Positions 19,179-27,212 of a stretch of DNA of 48,770 nucleotides are shown in pieces (position 1 is the first letter of the stretch; each line of letters starts with the position of its first letter). The position numbers were made by a program, and so were the translations under genes. This DNA comes from a virus, in the IMG/VR virus record IMGVR_UViG_3300006802_000085, positions 32,001-80,770 of that record; one strand, given 5' to 3'. A model generated the notes under the pieces. The model was not told the DNA's origin. It saw only the letters and a list, made by a program, of their open reading frames with translations, and searched no databases.

Positions 19179-19420
19179 GCGGCTTTGACAAGTGGTTCGT
19201 GACGTTCCTGAACGAGAAGGGCGTCGACTTCGAGGAAACCTTCGAGGTCATGGGGCCGAGCGGGGTGAACTTCATCCCCGTCGGCTGCATCGTGGAGCTT
19301 GCGGCGTCGGCACCCGACCACGAGCAGCGCGCCATCAAGTCGACGTGCGTGAAGATCGACTTCGTGAACGGCGACGTACGCCACTTCCTGAAACACCTCG
19401 CGACCGCGGTGGCACGGTGA
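19175..19420 (+). CDS. Small hypothetical early protein
   Basis: SD GGAGG; GTGA coupling. Confidence 0.6.
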   Translation: MSGFDKWFVTFLNEKGVDFEETFEVMGPSGVNFIPVGCIVELAASAPDHEQRAIKSTCVKIDFVNGDVRHFLKHLATAVAR

Positions 19421-19968
19421 AGCGCCGCCGACAAACGGCGCGGACGCCGGAGCAAGAGGCGAAGCGCGCGGCCGAGCGTGAGGCGCACGAGGCGAGCAAG
19501 CGCGAGTGCCAGATCTGCGAGCGCCACCAGTGCGTCGACGCTCGCGGCAACATGGTCCTGCACGGCTACACCCGGCCAGGCTACGGCTTCATCCAGGGGA
19601 GCTGCTTTGGGGTCGGGCATGTCGACTACGCGCGCGGGACGGACGCGCTGGAGGCGTACGCGGCGCAGCTCGAAGGCTTGCTCGCGGACGCAAACGAGAA
19701 CGTGCGTCGCTACGTCGCCGGGGAGGTCACGCACTTCACGACCTCCGCGCTGGCTTACGACTTGGACGAGCGCGGCTGGATCATCTATGACGGCAGGAAG
19801 CCGCGGATGAAGACGGTGTTTACGTCGTGGGCGCCGGGCGTGTCGCACCCGTCGAAGTACTCGGCACAGCTCCAGTCGGCGCATGCGTCTGCGGCACAAC
19901 ACGCGAGGCTACTCGCGGCAGAACTGGGGCGGGTCCGGGCCCGTATCGCGGCGTGGGTGGCGCCGTGA
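19417..19968 (+). CDS. Hypothetical protein with CQIC...HGY...C motif
   Basis: GTGA coupling; putative metal-binding motif. Confidence 0.6.
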   Translation: MKRRRQTARTPEQEAKRAAEREAHEASKRECQICERHQCVDARGNMVLHGYTRPGYGFIQGSCFGVGHVDYARGTDALEAYAAQLEGLLADANENVRRYVAGEVTHFTTSALAYDLDERGWIIYDGRKPRMKTVFTSWAPGVSHPSKYSAQLQSAHASAAQHARLLAAELGRVRARIAAWVAP

Positions 19969-20059
19969 GGCGCGTCCGGTGGGTCTGCCCGGCCGGGGCG
20001 CACGCGGCCGTTCTCGGGTCCTCTAGGCCCCGGCGCGACGAGGCGGCGCACGCCGAGGC

Positions 20060-20139
20060 CGCGTTTTTCTGGGGGCTCGAAAAAAAGTAGGGGTCGGGGC
20101 AGAAAAAGTGTTGCGCGTCGGCGCGCGATGGTTCATAGT
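20060..20139 (+). promoter_or_regulatory. Class I promoter 2 with extended upstream T/A tracts, leaderless ATG 20146
   Basis: TTGCGC(20111)-N17-CATAGT; upstream block nearly identical to the one at about 41363-41412. Confidence 0.75.
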
Positions 20140-20145
20140 CTTCTC

Positions 20146-20349
20146 ATGACGACGCCGATTGCAAAACTGATTGTGACCGAGATCGTGATGGAGACCCGTC
20201 GCGCGATGGTACCCGGACACGAGTACGTGTACATCACCGGCTGCTGCGGCGGGGTGACGTCGAACCGCCGCCGCGCCCCGCACCCCCCGGCCAAGTGGGT
20301 CAAGTGCCCGTGCTGTGGCGGTCGGAACGGCGTGGATTGGTGGTCATGA
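20146..20349 (+). CDS. Small Cys-rich hypothetical protein
   Basis: Leaderless start at promoter 2; GCCG and CPCCG. Confidence 0.55.
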   Translation: MTTPIAKLIVTEIVMETRRAMVPGHEYVYITGCCGGVTSNRRRAPHPPAKWVKCPCCGGRNGVDWWS

Positions 20350-20350
20350 A

Positions 20351-20378
20351 CCCGGGGAGCCGAGTAGGGCTCCCCGGG
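20351..20378. other. 11-bp stem-loop between gene end and promoter 3
   Basis: CCCGGGGAGCC-GAGTAG-GGCTCCCCGGG. Confidence 0.7.
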
Positions 20379-20409
20379 GGCTGACTGAAAAAAAAGACGC
20401 GCCGACGCG

Positions 20410-20446
20410 AAAAAGTGTTGCGCGTTGGCGCGCGATAGTTCATAGA
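20410..20446 (+). promoter_or_regulatory. Class I promoter 3
   Basis: TTGCGC(20418)-N17-CATAGA; short leader hairpin GGGTC/GACCC. Confidence 0.75.
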
Positions 20447-20506
20447 TAGATCACCGGGTCGCGGTGACCCAAACCAAAGCCAACCGGCAGAAGATCGGAG
20501 ACCACC

Positions 20507-21244
20507 ATGAGCTACGAGAACGCCCCCGCCACCAAGCTCCTCGCCACCAACTGCGCCTGCTGCGGCCGCGCCCTCGTCGACGCCATCAGCGTCGAGACGG
20601 GTGTGGGCCCGGACTGCCGCGCGATGCACGGCTACGACGACGCGCAGGGCGAGCCGGACTGGGAGCGCGCGATGGCGCTGCTCGACGGCTGCGTGCCCGT
20701 GGCCGAGGTCAACCCGACGATGGCGCCGCGCGACGCCGTGAACGTGCTCGTGCACCGGGTCGCGCGGCGTGGCGCGAGCATCGACCGCGAGGCGGCAGCC
20801 GCGATCTTCCGCGCGATCGACGCCCTCGGCTTCGCCGTGCTCGCGGCGCGCATCGCCAAGCGTTTCCGCATGACGGTGGAGGAGCCGGTGGTCGAGGCGC
20901 CGCAGGGCCCGAGCATCGACGACCTCCGCCGCGAGTACGCGCGCATTCGCCACGTCCGCTGCTACGACGGCGTCGAGCCGCGCGAGTTCGACGCCGTCGT
21001 GAGGGCGTACCTCGGCGACGCCGCCGGGCCCGCCGACTTCGTCGCGGCGGCGTCGACCGTCGCCTGCCCGTGCAAGCGGTGCCGCGGCACGGGTGAGTAC
21101 GTGTTCCGCGCCAACGACGGTGACACCCGCCGCGCCGAGTGCTTCCGCTGCGGCGGCAAGGGCACCCAGGACCTCTCGGACGCGCACCGCAACCGCGCGT
21201 ATGATGCTCACCGCCGTGCGCCGCGTGGTGCGGTCGCTGCGTGA
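20507..21244 (+). CDS. Hypothetical protein with N-terminal CxxC...GxGPDC Zn motif and C-terminal DnaJ-like CxxCxGxG repeats
   Basis: CACCGRALVDAISVETGVGPDC; CKRCRGTG; CFRCGGKG. Confidence 0.7.
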   Translation: MSYENAPATKLLATNCACCGRALVDAISVETGVGPDCRAMHGYDDAQGEPDWERAMALLDGCVPVAEVNPTMAPRDAVNVLVHRVARRGASIDREAAAAIFRAIDALGFAVLAARIAKRFRMTVEEPVVEAPQGPSIDDLRREYARIRHVRCYDGVEPREFDAVVRAYLGDAAGPADFVAAASTVACPCKRCRGTGEYVFRANDGDTRRAECFRCGGKGTQDLSDAHRNRAYDAHRRAPRGAVAA

Positions 21245-21252
21245 GTTGACCC

Positions 21253-21296
21253 CTGAGGTTCCGCCCCGACTGCGCGCAGTCGGGGCGCCTCCTCAG
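21253..21296. other. Long intergenic hairpin with a 26-bp perfect palindrome
   Basis: CTGAGG..CGCCCCGACTGCGCGCAGTCGGGGCG..CCTCAG. Confidence 0.75.
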
Positions 21297-21320
21297 CGGC
21301 CGACGAAAGGGAAAAGGGAG

Positions 21321-21770
21321 ATGACCATGGGATCGAACGGAATGACGACGTCACACGATGATGGCGAGCCCGCCGCGAAGGCGCGGGTCTTCAAGGGCGC
21401 GGGTTGGAAGTTCTCGCGCAACGGTCCGGTCGTGACCGGCGAGAACATGCGGTACACGTACACGGCAACGATCTGCGAGGTGTACGCGCCCGTGGGCACG
21501 TACACCGGGGGCCCAAAACGCCTCGTCGATGTCGCGCTGATCTCCGGGAAGTGGCACGCGCTCACGCAGGCGACGGCGGGCGGGGGGCGCAATCGGGTGA
21601 TGCCGCTGGAGACGTTCCTCGCCCGGTACACGCACGGCGCCCGCAAGGGCACGGCGAAGCCCGGGGCGAAGCCCGGGGCGAAGCCGTCGGCAGGGGACCT
21701 CGACCGAATCGAACGCAAGCTCGACGCGCTACTCGCGGCGCTCGGCATCGTGGTGGAGGGCGGGTCGTGA
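21321..21770 (+). CDS. Hypothetical protein with AKPG repeats and C-terminal coiled coil
   Basis: Purine-rich SD; LDRIERKLDALL. Confidence 0.6.
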   Translation: MTMGSNGMTTSHDDGEPAAKARVFKGAGWKFSRNGPVVTGENMRYTYTATICEVYAPVGTYTGGPKRLVDVALISGKWHALTQATAGGGRNRVMPLETFLARYTHGARKGTAKPGAKPGAKPSAGDLDRIERKLDALLAALGIVVEGGS

Positions 21771-22021
21771 ACGCGCGCGAAGAGGACAAGGCGATCGAGG
21801 ACGTGATCCGGCGCGGAGTGGCGTCGCCGCTGACGCGCTACCGCGTGACCCTCGTGTGCGACTGCTACGCCGACGCCGCGTACGGGTACGGGCCGACGCG
21901 CGAGAGCGCGCTCAACCGGGCGGTGCGTCACTTCCGCCGTGCGCACGGGCCCCGGGCGAAGGTGGGGGAGACCATCGTGGAGGAGGCGCTCACCGGCCAC
22001 TACGAGGAGATCGAGTCGTGA
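21767..22021 (+). CDS. Small hypothetical protein
   Basis: SD GGAGG; GTGA coupling. Confidence 0.55.
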   Translation: MNAREEDKAIEDVIRRGVASPLTRYRVTLVCDCYADAAYGYGPTRESALNRAVRHFRRAHGPRAKVGETIVEEALTGHYEEIES

Positions 22022-22311
22022 AGCTCACGGTGACCATCGACGGGGCCGAGTACACGCTCGACCCCGAGGCCGAGAGCGCGCGCGTGCGCGGGCTCGACGT
22101 GTGCCCGCGGTGCGGGCGCAAGCCCCACCCCGAGCAGGGCGTGCACGTGCAGGGGCGGGGCAGGCGCATCGCCGACCACGACGTCTACGAGGCGGACGGG
22201 TACGCCTACTGCTGCGGCGCCGCGCTCGGTCTCATCCGGGCGCGGGTGTCCACGATCTTCGGCTTGGAGGAGGACGAGCGCGTGCTCTATGGTCGCGCGC
22301 GGGTGTATTGA
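22018..22311 (+). CDS. Small Cys-containing hypothetical protein
   Basis: GTGA coupling; CPRCG. Confidence 0.55.
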   Translation: MKLTVTIDGAEYTLDPEAESARVRGLDVCPRCGRKPHPEQGVHVQGRGRRIADHDVYEADGYAYCCGAALGLIRARVSTIFGLEEDERVLYGRARVY

Positions 22312-22396
22312 CCGGGCGTTTACCCGGGTAAACGGGATAATTCCCCGAGCGAGAAAAAAAAGTGTTGCGCGTTGGCGCGCGATAGTTCATAGATAG
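22291..22396 (+). repeat. 106-bp direct repeat copy A (upstream gene end + palindrome copy 4 at 22318-22333 + class I promoter 4)
   Basis: Identical to 22622-22727 by eye. Confidence 0.95.
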
Positions 22397-22399
22397 ATC

Positions 22400-22621
22400 A
22401 TGATCATCGCTACCGCATACGTACACGTCGTGGGCAAGGGCTGGTTCCGGGCCGAGATGACCGATCGATGGGTGCCGTCGTACGTCGGCGCCGCGCGTCA
22501 GACCAAATACTACGAGCGCCGCGGGCGGGAGTACGTCGAGATCGCCTACTCCGACGTGCCCCGCTCTGCCTACCGCGCTCTGCGCCGCGCTCTGCGCCGC
22601 GAAACCGCGCCCGGCGAGTGA
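22400..22621 (+). CDS. Small hypothetical protein between the 106-bp repeats
   Basis: Leaderless ATG 6 nt after the -10; stop abuts repeat copy B. Confidence 0.6.
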   Translation: MIIATAYVHVVGKGWFRAEMTDRWVPSYVGAARQTKYYERRGREYVEIAYSDVPRSAYRALRRALRRETAPGE

Positions 22622-22727
22622 GGTCGCGCGCGGGTGTATTGACCGGGCGTTTACCCGGGTAAACGGGATAATTCCCCGAGCGAGAAAAAAAAGTGTTGCG
22701 CGTTGGCGCGCGATAGTTCATAGATAG
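22622..22727 (+). repeat. 106-bp direct repeat copy B (palindrome copy 5 at 22649-22664 + class I promoter 5)
   Basis: Identical to 22291-22396 by eye. Confidence 0.95.
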
Positions 22728-22730
22728 GAC

Positions 22731-23018
22731 ATGACGACGGCGACGACAAAGGCTCTGGTGGCGGACGTGGTGATCGAGGCGAAGTTCCCGCGCGTCAGCG
22801 GTGGTGACGAGTGCGAGGGTCGGCTCATCAGCCGCGGGGCTGAGCGGCTGGGGCTGATCGCCCGGGTCTTCGAGGCCAAGGACATCGGTTTCGCGACCGC
22901 GCGCTACCAGAACATGACGGTGGGGTACCGGTTCGAGAATTGGGTGACCGAGGAGGATCGCGAGTACCCGACCCTGCGCGAAGCGATGGCTGCGGCACGA
23001 GCCGCGTTTTCGAAGTGA
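22731..23018 (+). CDS. Small hypothetical protein
   Basis: Leaderless ATG 6 nt after the -10. Confidence 0.6.
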   Translation: MTTATTKALVADVVIEAKFPRVSGGDECEGRLISRGAERLGLIARVFEAKDIGFATARYQNMTVGYRFENWVTEEDREYPTLREAMAAARAAFSK

Positions 23019-23068
23019 GTGAAGTGTGTGCGCGCCCGGCAGACGACCGGGAGAAAAAGGAGGACGAC

Positions 23069-25129
23069 ATGAGGAAGCGAAGCGAAGCGGTGGCGAAGAA
23101 GTCGGCGACGAAGTCGGCGACGAAGTCGGCGCAGCAGAAGATGCCGGTGACCGCCGAGACGTTCACGGCCGGGCTCAACCCGGAGCAGGTCGCGGTTGTG
23201 ATGCACGACGACGGGCCCGCGCGCGTGTTCGCCCTCGCGGGGTCGGGCAAGACCGAGTCGTTCGCGCGACGCGTGGCGCGACTCGTCGCCGTGCGCGGCG
23301 TCGACCCCGAGCGCATCCTCGCCGTCACCTTCTCGAAGAAAGGGGCGGACGAGATGCAGACGCGCATCGCGAAAAAGTTCGGGGTCGCCGGTGCGCGGAT
23401 CGGCACGTGGCACTCGCTCTGCCTTCAGATCCTGCGCGAGGACAAGACCGAGCAGGCGACGTGGTCGATCCAGGACTCGGGCCCGGGCACGAGCCCGAAG
23501 ATCGTGCTGAAGGACGTGCTCGGCTGGAAGGGCATGGACTGGAAGGGCGCCGACCTCGCCGCGGTCGAGTCGTTCATCGGCCGGTGCAAGGCGAACCTGT
23601 ACACGCCCGACTCGCCCGAGGCGGCCGACCTCGCCAAGCGCGCGTTCGGCTGGCAGGCGGGGCAGGCGACGCGCGCGTTTCGCCTCTACAACGAGGCGCT
23701 CCGCGACCGGATGATCCTCACCTTCGACGACTTCCTCGTCTTCGCCGCCGAGCACCTGTCGGCCGACGAGAACGCGCGGCGCTCGTGGGCGTCGCGCTGG
23801 GACTACGTGATGCAGGACGAGGCGCAGGACGCGAACCGCGCGCAGGCGCGCATCGGCACCCTGCTCGCGCAGGACCACCGCAACTACATGGTCATCGGCG
23901 ACTGCTACCAAGCCATCTACGGCTTCCGCGGTTCGTCGCCCGAGTACCTCGCGCAGTTCGATCGCGAGTGGCCGGACGCGCGCACGTACGTGCTCCCGCG
24001 CAACTATCGCAGCGGGCGCACCATCATCGCCGCCGCCAACGCCGTCGTCGCGCTCGCCACCGTCGACGGCATCGACGTGCCCACGCAGATGATCGGTGAG
24101 CGCGACCTCGACGGCGCCGTGAGCATCACCTGCACCGAGAGCCTCGACGACGAGGCCAACGTCGTCGCCGACGCCATCGTGTCCAGCACGCGCACGGGCG
24201 AGAGCGTGCTCAGCGACCACACCATCCTGTTCCGTACCAACGCGCAATCGCGCGCGCTGGAGGAGGCGCTTCTCGCGCGCCGCGTCCCCTACGTCGTCGT
24301 CGGCGGCGTGAGCTTCTACGAGCGCAAGGAGGTGCGCGACCTCCTCGCCTACCTGCGGCTCGCGGCGCGCCGCGGGCGCGTCGAGGACATCAAGCGCAGC
24401 ATCAACACGCCGTTCCGGTTCCTCGGCGCGCGCTTCGTGGACAAGGTCATGGCCGCTGCTGAAGCGTACGGGGAAGCGGGCGTGAACTGGGCGGAGGTGG
24501 TCGAGGATGTGTGTGAGCGCGAGCGGGTCCAATCGCGTCAGCGCGCGAGCGCGCGCGACTGGGTCGGGCTCATCCGCTACATGCAGGGCGCGATCGACGG
24601 CGGGTCGGCGGACGAGGCGCGGCCGGCGGCGTTGCTGGAGCACGTGGTGTCGACGACGCGTTACATCGACTACCTCAACAAGGAGGAGGGCGGCGAGACC
24701 ACCGAGAACAGCGGCGCCGCGAACGTGCGCGAGATGGTCCGTGTCGCGGAACGGTTCGCCACCGCGGCGGAGCTGCTCGACTACATCGACGAGACCATCG
24801 CGAGCGCGCGCCGTCAGCGCGAGGACAAGCAGGCGGGCGGCGAGCGCGTGCTGCTCATGAGCGTGCACCGGTCGAAGGGGCTGGAGTGGCCGCGCGTCTA
24901 CGTCGTGGGGATGAACGAGATGATTCTGCCCCACGCCAAGGGCGACGACCAGGAAGAGCGGCGGCTCGCGTACGTCGCGATGACGCGCGCGCGCGACCAC
25001 CTGTACCTGTCGCACGTGCGCCGCATCGCGGTGCGCGCCGGCATCCGCGATGCGGAGCCGAGCCGGTTCTTGCTCGACACCGGGCTGCCGCTCGACGCGC
25101 CCCGCGCGGTGGCGATGGGCGCGGAGTGA
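23069..25129 (+). CDS. uvrD: UvrD/PcrA-like SF1 DNA helicase
   Basis: LNPEQ, ALAGSGKT, QDEAQD, GDCYQAIYGFRG, NYRS, LFRTN, SVHRSKGLEW, EERRLAYVAMTRA; SD AAGGAGG. Confidence 0.95.
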   Translation: MRKRSEAVAKKSATKSATKSAQQKMPVTAETFTAGLNPEQVAVVMHDDGPARVFALAGSGKTESFARRVARLVAVRGVDPERILAVTFSKKGADEMQTRIAKKFGVAGARIGTWHSLCLQILREDKTEQATWSIQDSGPGTSPKIVLKDVLGWKGMDWKGADLAAVESFIGRCKANLYTPDSPEAADLAKRAFGWQAGQATRAFRLYNEALRDRMILTFDDFLVFAAEHLSADENARRSWASRWDYVMQDEAQDANRAQARIGTLLAQDHRNYMVIGDCYQAIYGFRGSSPEYLAQFDREWPDARTYVLPRNYRSGRTIIAAANAVVALATVDGIDVPTQMIGERDLDGAVSITCTESLDDEANVVADAIVSSTRTGESVLSDHTILFRTNAQSRALEEALLARRVPYVVVGGVSFYERKEVRDLLAYLRLAARRGRVEDIKRSINTPFRFLGARFVDKVMAAAEAYGEAGVNWAEVVEDVCERERVQSRQRASARDWVGLIRYMQGAIDGGSADEARPAALLEHVVSTTRYIDYLNKEEGGETTENSGAANVREMVRVAERFATAAELLDYIDETIASARRQREDKQAGGERVLLMSVHRSKGLEWPRVYVVGMNEMILPHAKGDDQEERRLAYVAMTRARDHLYLSHVRRIAVRAGIRDAEPSRFLLDTGLPLDAPRAVAMGAE

Positions 25130-25137
25130 AGGAGGGG

Positions 25138-25806
25138 ATGATGGCGAATCTCGACAAGCTCATGCACGCGCTGCGCGACGGCGCGATCGACTTCGGCGCG
25201 TACGTGGCGCAGACGCGGAGGGAGTACGGCTCGATGGCGCGCTACCTGCTCCGGCGCTGGCGCGTGCCGGAGTGGGTGAACGAGCACGACGTCGAGCAGG
25301 AGCTGTACTTGGAGACGTGGCGCATGGTGGTGGACGGTGGGTGTTCGTGGGAGTCGGGACGAGGGCCGACGCTCGCGCGGTGGGTGGTGTTCGGCGCGAT
25401 GTCGGCGGCGAAGCGCAAGCTGCACCGCGCGCGGGGAGTGAGCGTGAGCGGCAACCCCGACCGCTTGCCCTCACCTCGCCACGAGCGGCCGATCTCCCAC
25501 ATCGAGGATTCGGGCGAGTCGCTTCTCGACACGCTTCACTCGACGGAGCCACCGGCCGATGCGGCGCTGGAACGGGCCCAAGAAACGCGCCGCGCCGCAA
25601 CGGCGGCGCTCCGTGCCTGCACCACGCGTGCGGAACGCTATGCCGTGCTGGCGGTCCGTGAAGCGGGCTCGGTGGACGGAGCGGCGGCGGTGCTGTACGA
25701 GGACATAGACCATCGCATTGCGCTCCGGCTCGGGGACGAGGTCGCGGCGGATCGTTTTGTGCGCCGGCGAGCGGCGGCGGTGGCGCGGAGGATGATGGGG
25801 GCGTAG
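25138..25806 (+). CDS. Phage-encoded sigma70-like factor
   Basis: Region 2-like DVEQELYLETW...ESGRGPTLARWV; C-terminal ALRAC..AERYAVL region 4-like entry; SD AAGGAGG. Confidence 0.6.
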   Translation: MMANLDKLMHALRDGAIDFGAYVAQTRREYGSMARYLLRRWRVPEWVNEHDVEQELYLETWRMVVDGGCSWESGRGPTLARWVVFGAMSAAKRKLHRARGVSVSGNPDRLPSPRHERPISHIEDSGESLLDTLHSTEPPADAALERAQETRRAATAALRACTTRAERYAVLAVREAGSVDGAAAVLYEDIDHRIALRLGDEVAADRFVRRRAAAVARRMMGA

Positions 25807-25873
25807 GGGCGAGGGTTGACGCGGCCAGTGGGCCGCGGTGATGTGTTGGACCAAGTAGCAGGAGGATAGAGCG

Positions 25874-27187
25874 ATGGCGACGACGACGGTGCAGGCGGCG
25901 GTCAAGGGACGGCGTAACGGCATTGGGGGGTTCTACGTGGGGCGTGTGGACGCGGCGGTCATGCGCCGGTGGGTGAGCGCGCACGGGCTCGATCTCGGGC
26001 TCGACATCGCGACGGCCGGTTCGGAAGAGATCGCGCTCGCGCTCGCGCTTCACTTCGGCAAGACGGTTGCGATGACCGACCAAGTCCGGTGCGACAACTG
26101 CAACGGCATCAGCAGCAGCAGTGAGGAGGCGTGCCCGTTCTGCGGCGACGAGGGCGAGGTCGACACCGAAAGCGCCGACGAGGACGAGGGCGACGCCGAC
26201 GAGGGCGACGCCGACGACGCCGACGAGGACGAGGACGAGGAGGACGAGGACGAGGAGGACGAGGGCGACGCCGACGAGGACGAGGACGAGGGTGACGCCG
26301 ACGCCGACGAGGACGAGGACGAGGGCGACGCCGACGAACTGGTTGCCGCTGCGGCACCGGTGACGGCGGCGAAGAAGCCCGCGGCGAAGAAGCCCGCGGC
26401 GAAGGAGGAGGGCGACATGGGAACGAACGGGGCGATGACGGTGGCGGCGAACGGGGCGATGACGGGGTCGGCGAAGGCGCTCGACAAAGCGGTCGCCGAC
26501 GTCAAGCGTCTCCTCAGCGACAGCCACGAACGCTACTACGAGTTCGCACAGAAGGTGCTGGAGATCCAGACCAAGCAGTTGTGGAAGCTGCGACGTGGCG
26601 ACGACGGCAAGGCGCAGAAATACAAAAGCTGGGAGTCGTTCGTGCTCGCCGAGCTGGGAATGAGCGTCGCGCATGCTTGGAACGCGATCGAGACCGCGAA
26701 CCACTACAAGAGCGCGGCCGAGATCAACGAGGTGGGCGGGAAGACGAAGGCGGCGCTGCTGCTCCGGGTCGTGCCTCAGGAGCGCGAGAAGTTGAAGGAG
26801 AAGGCGAAGGCGGGCGCGACCAAGCGTGAGCTGCAGAAGGCCGTCGACGAGAGCCGGAAGAAGTACGGCTCGCCCAAGACGTCGCAGCAGGCGAAGGCCG
26901 GCGCGAAAGCCGGCGAGAAGAAAAAGGCGGCGGCCGAAGCGAAGGCGGCGAAGTCGGCGGAGCGGATCACGGTCGCGAACATCACTGGCTCGCGGGCGAT
27001 CAAGCTGTACAAGAAGCCGGCGTCGTTGAAAGGCCTGCAGTGGCCGCCGGACACGCGCGCGACGCGCATCGGCGATCAACCCTTCGGCCGACTCGAACTG
27101 CAGCCGGGGGTGGTCCAGTACTTCAGCGTCGTCAAGCGCGAGAGCGGCGAGTGGGTGCTCAACGTGCAGACCGTTCGCGAGGATTGA
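25874..27187 (+). CDS. Putative DNA-binding protein: Zn ribbon + poly-Asp/Glu tract + AKKP repeats + HTH-like domain + Lys-rich segment
   Basis: CDNC...CPFC; about 55-residue acidic repeat; AAKKPAAKKPAAK; YKSWESFVLAELGMSVAHAWNAI. Confidence 0.7.
   Translation: MATTTVQAAVKGRRNGIGGFYVGRVDAAVMRRWVSAHGLDLGLDIATAGSEEIALALALHFGKTVAMTDQVRCDNCNGISSSSEEACPFCGDEGEVDTESADEDEGDADEGDADDADEDEDEEDEDEEDEGDADEDEDEGDADADEDEDEGDADELVAAAAPVTAAKKPAAKKPAAKEEGDMGTNGAMTVAANGAMTGSAKALDKAVADVKRLLSDSHERYYEFAQKVLEIQTKQLWKLRRGDDGKAQKYKSWESFVLAELGMSVAHAWNAIETANHYKSAAEINEVGGKTKAALLLRVVPQEREKLKEKAKAGATKRELQKAVDESRKKYGSPKTSQQAKAGAKAGEKKKAAAEAKAAKSAERITVANITGSRAIKLYKKPASLKGLQWPPDTRATRIGDQPFGRLELQPGVVQYFSVVKRESGEWVLNVQTVRED
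26173..26337 (+). repeat. Coding low-complexity tandem repeats (GACGAG/GACGCC)
   Basis: Encodes DEDEGDAD repeats. Confidence 0.85.
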
Positions 27188-27193
27188 GCCGGA

Positions 27194-27206
27194 CGCGCCA
27201 TAACCC
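27194..27206 (+). promoter_or_regulatory. Class II promoter element, leaderless GTG start of the polymerase at 27213
   Basis: CGCGCCATAACCC; hexamer ends 8 nt before GTG. Confidence 0.7.
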
Positions 27207-27212
27207 CTTGGC

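Noticed and set aside
22308-22341. TTGACC...GATAAT as a sigma70 promoter around the palindrome
   Set aside because: Spacer is 22 nt, too long
22291-22727. CRISPR-like array from the palindromic repeats
   Set aside because: Only two adjacent copies, the spacer is a 225-bp gene-bearing segment, other copies are kilobases apart, and no cas genes are present
18775-23018. Integron or diversity-generating retroelement
   Set aside because: No tyrosine recombinase or reverse transcriptase, no attC-like bulged repeats, and no TR/VR pair with A-specific differences
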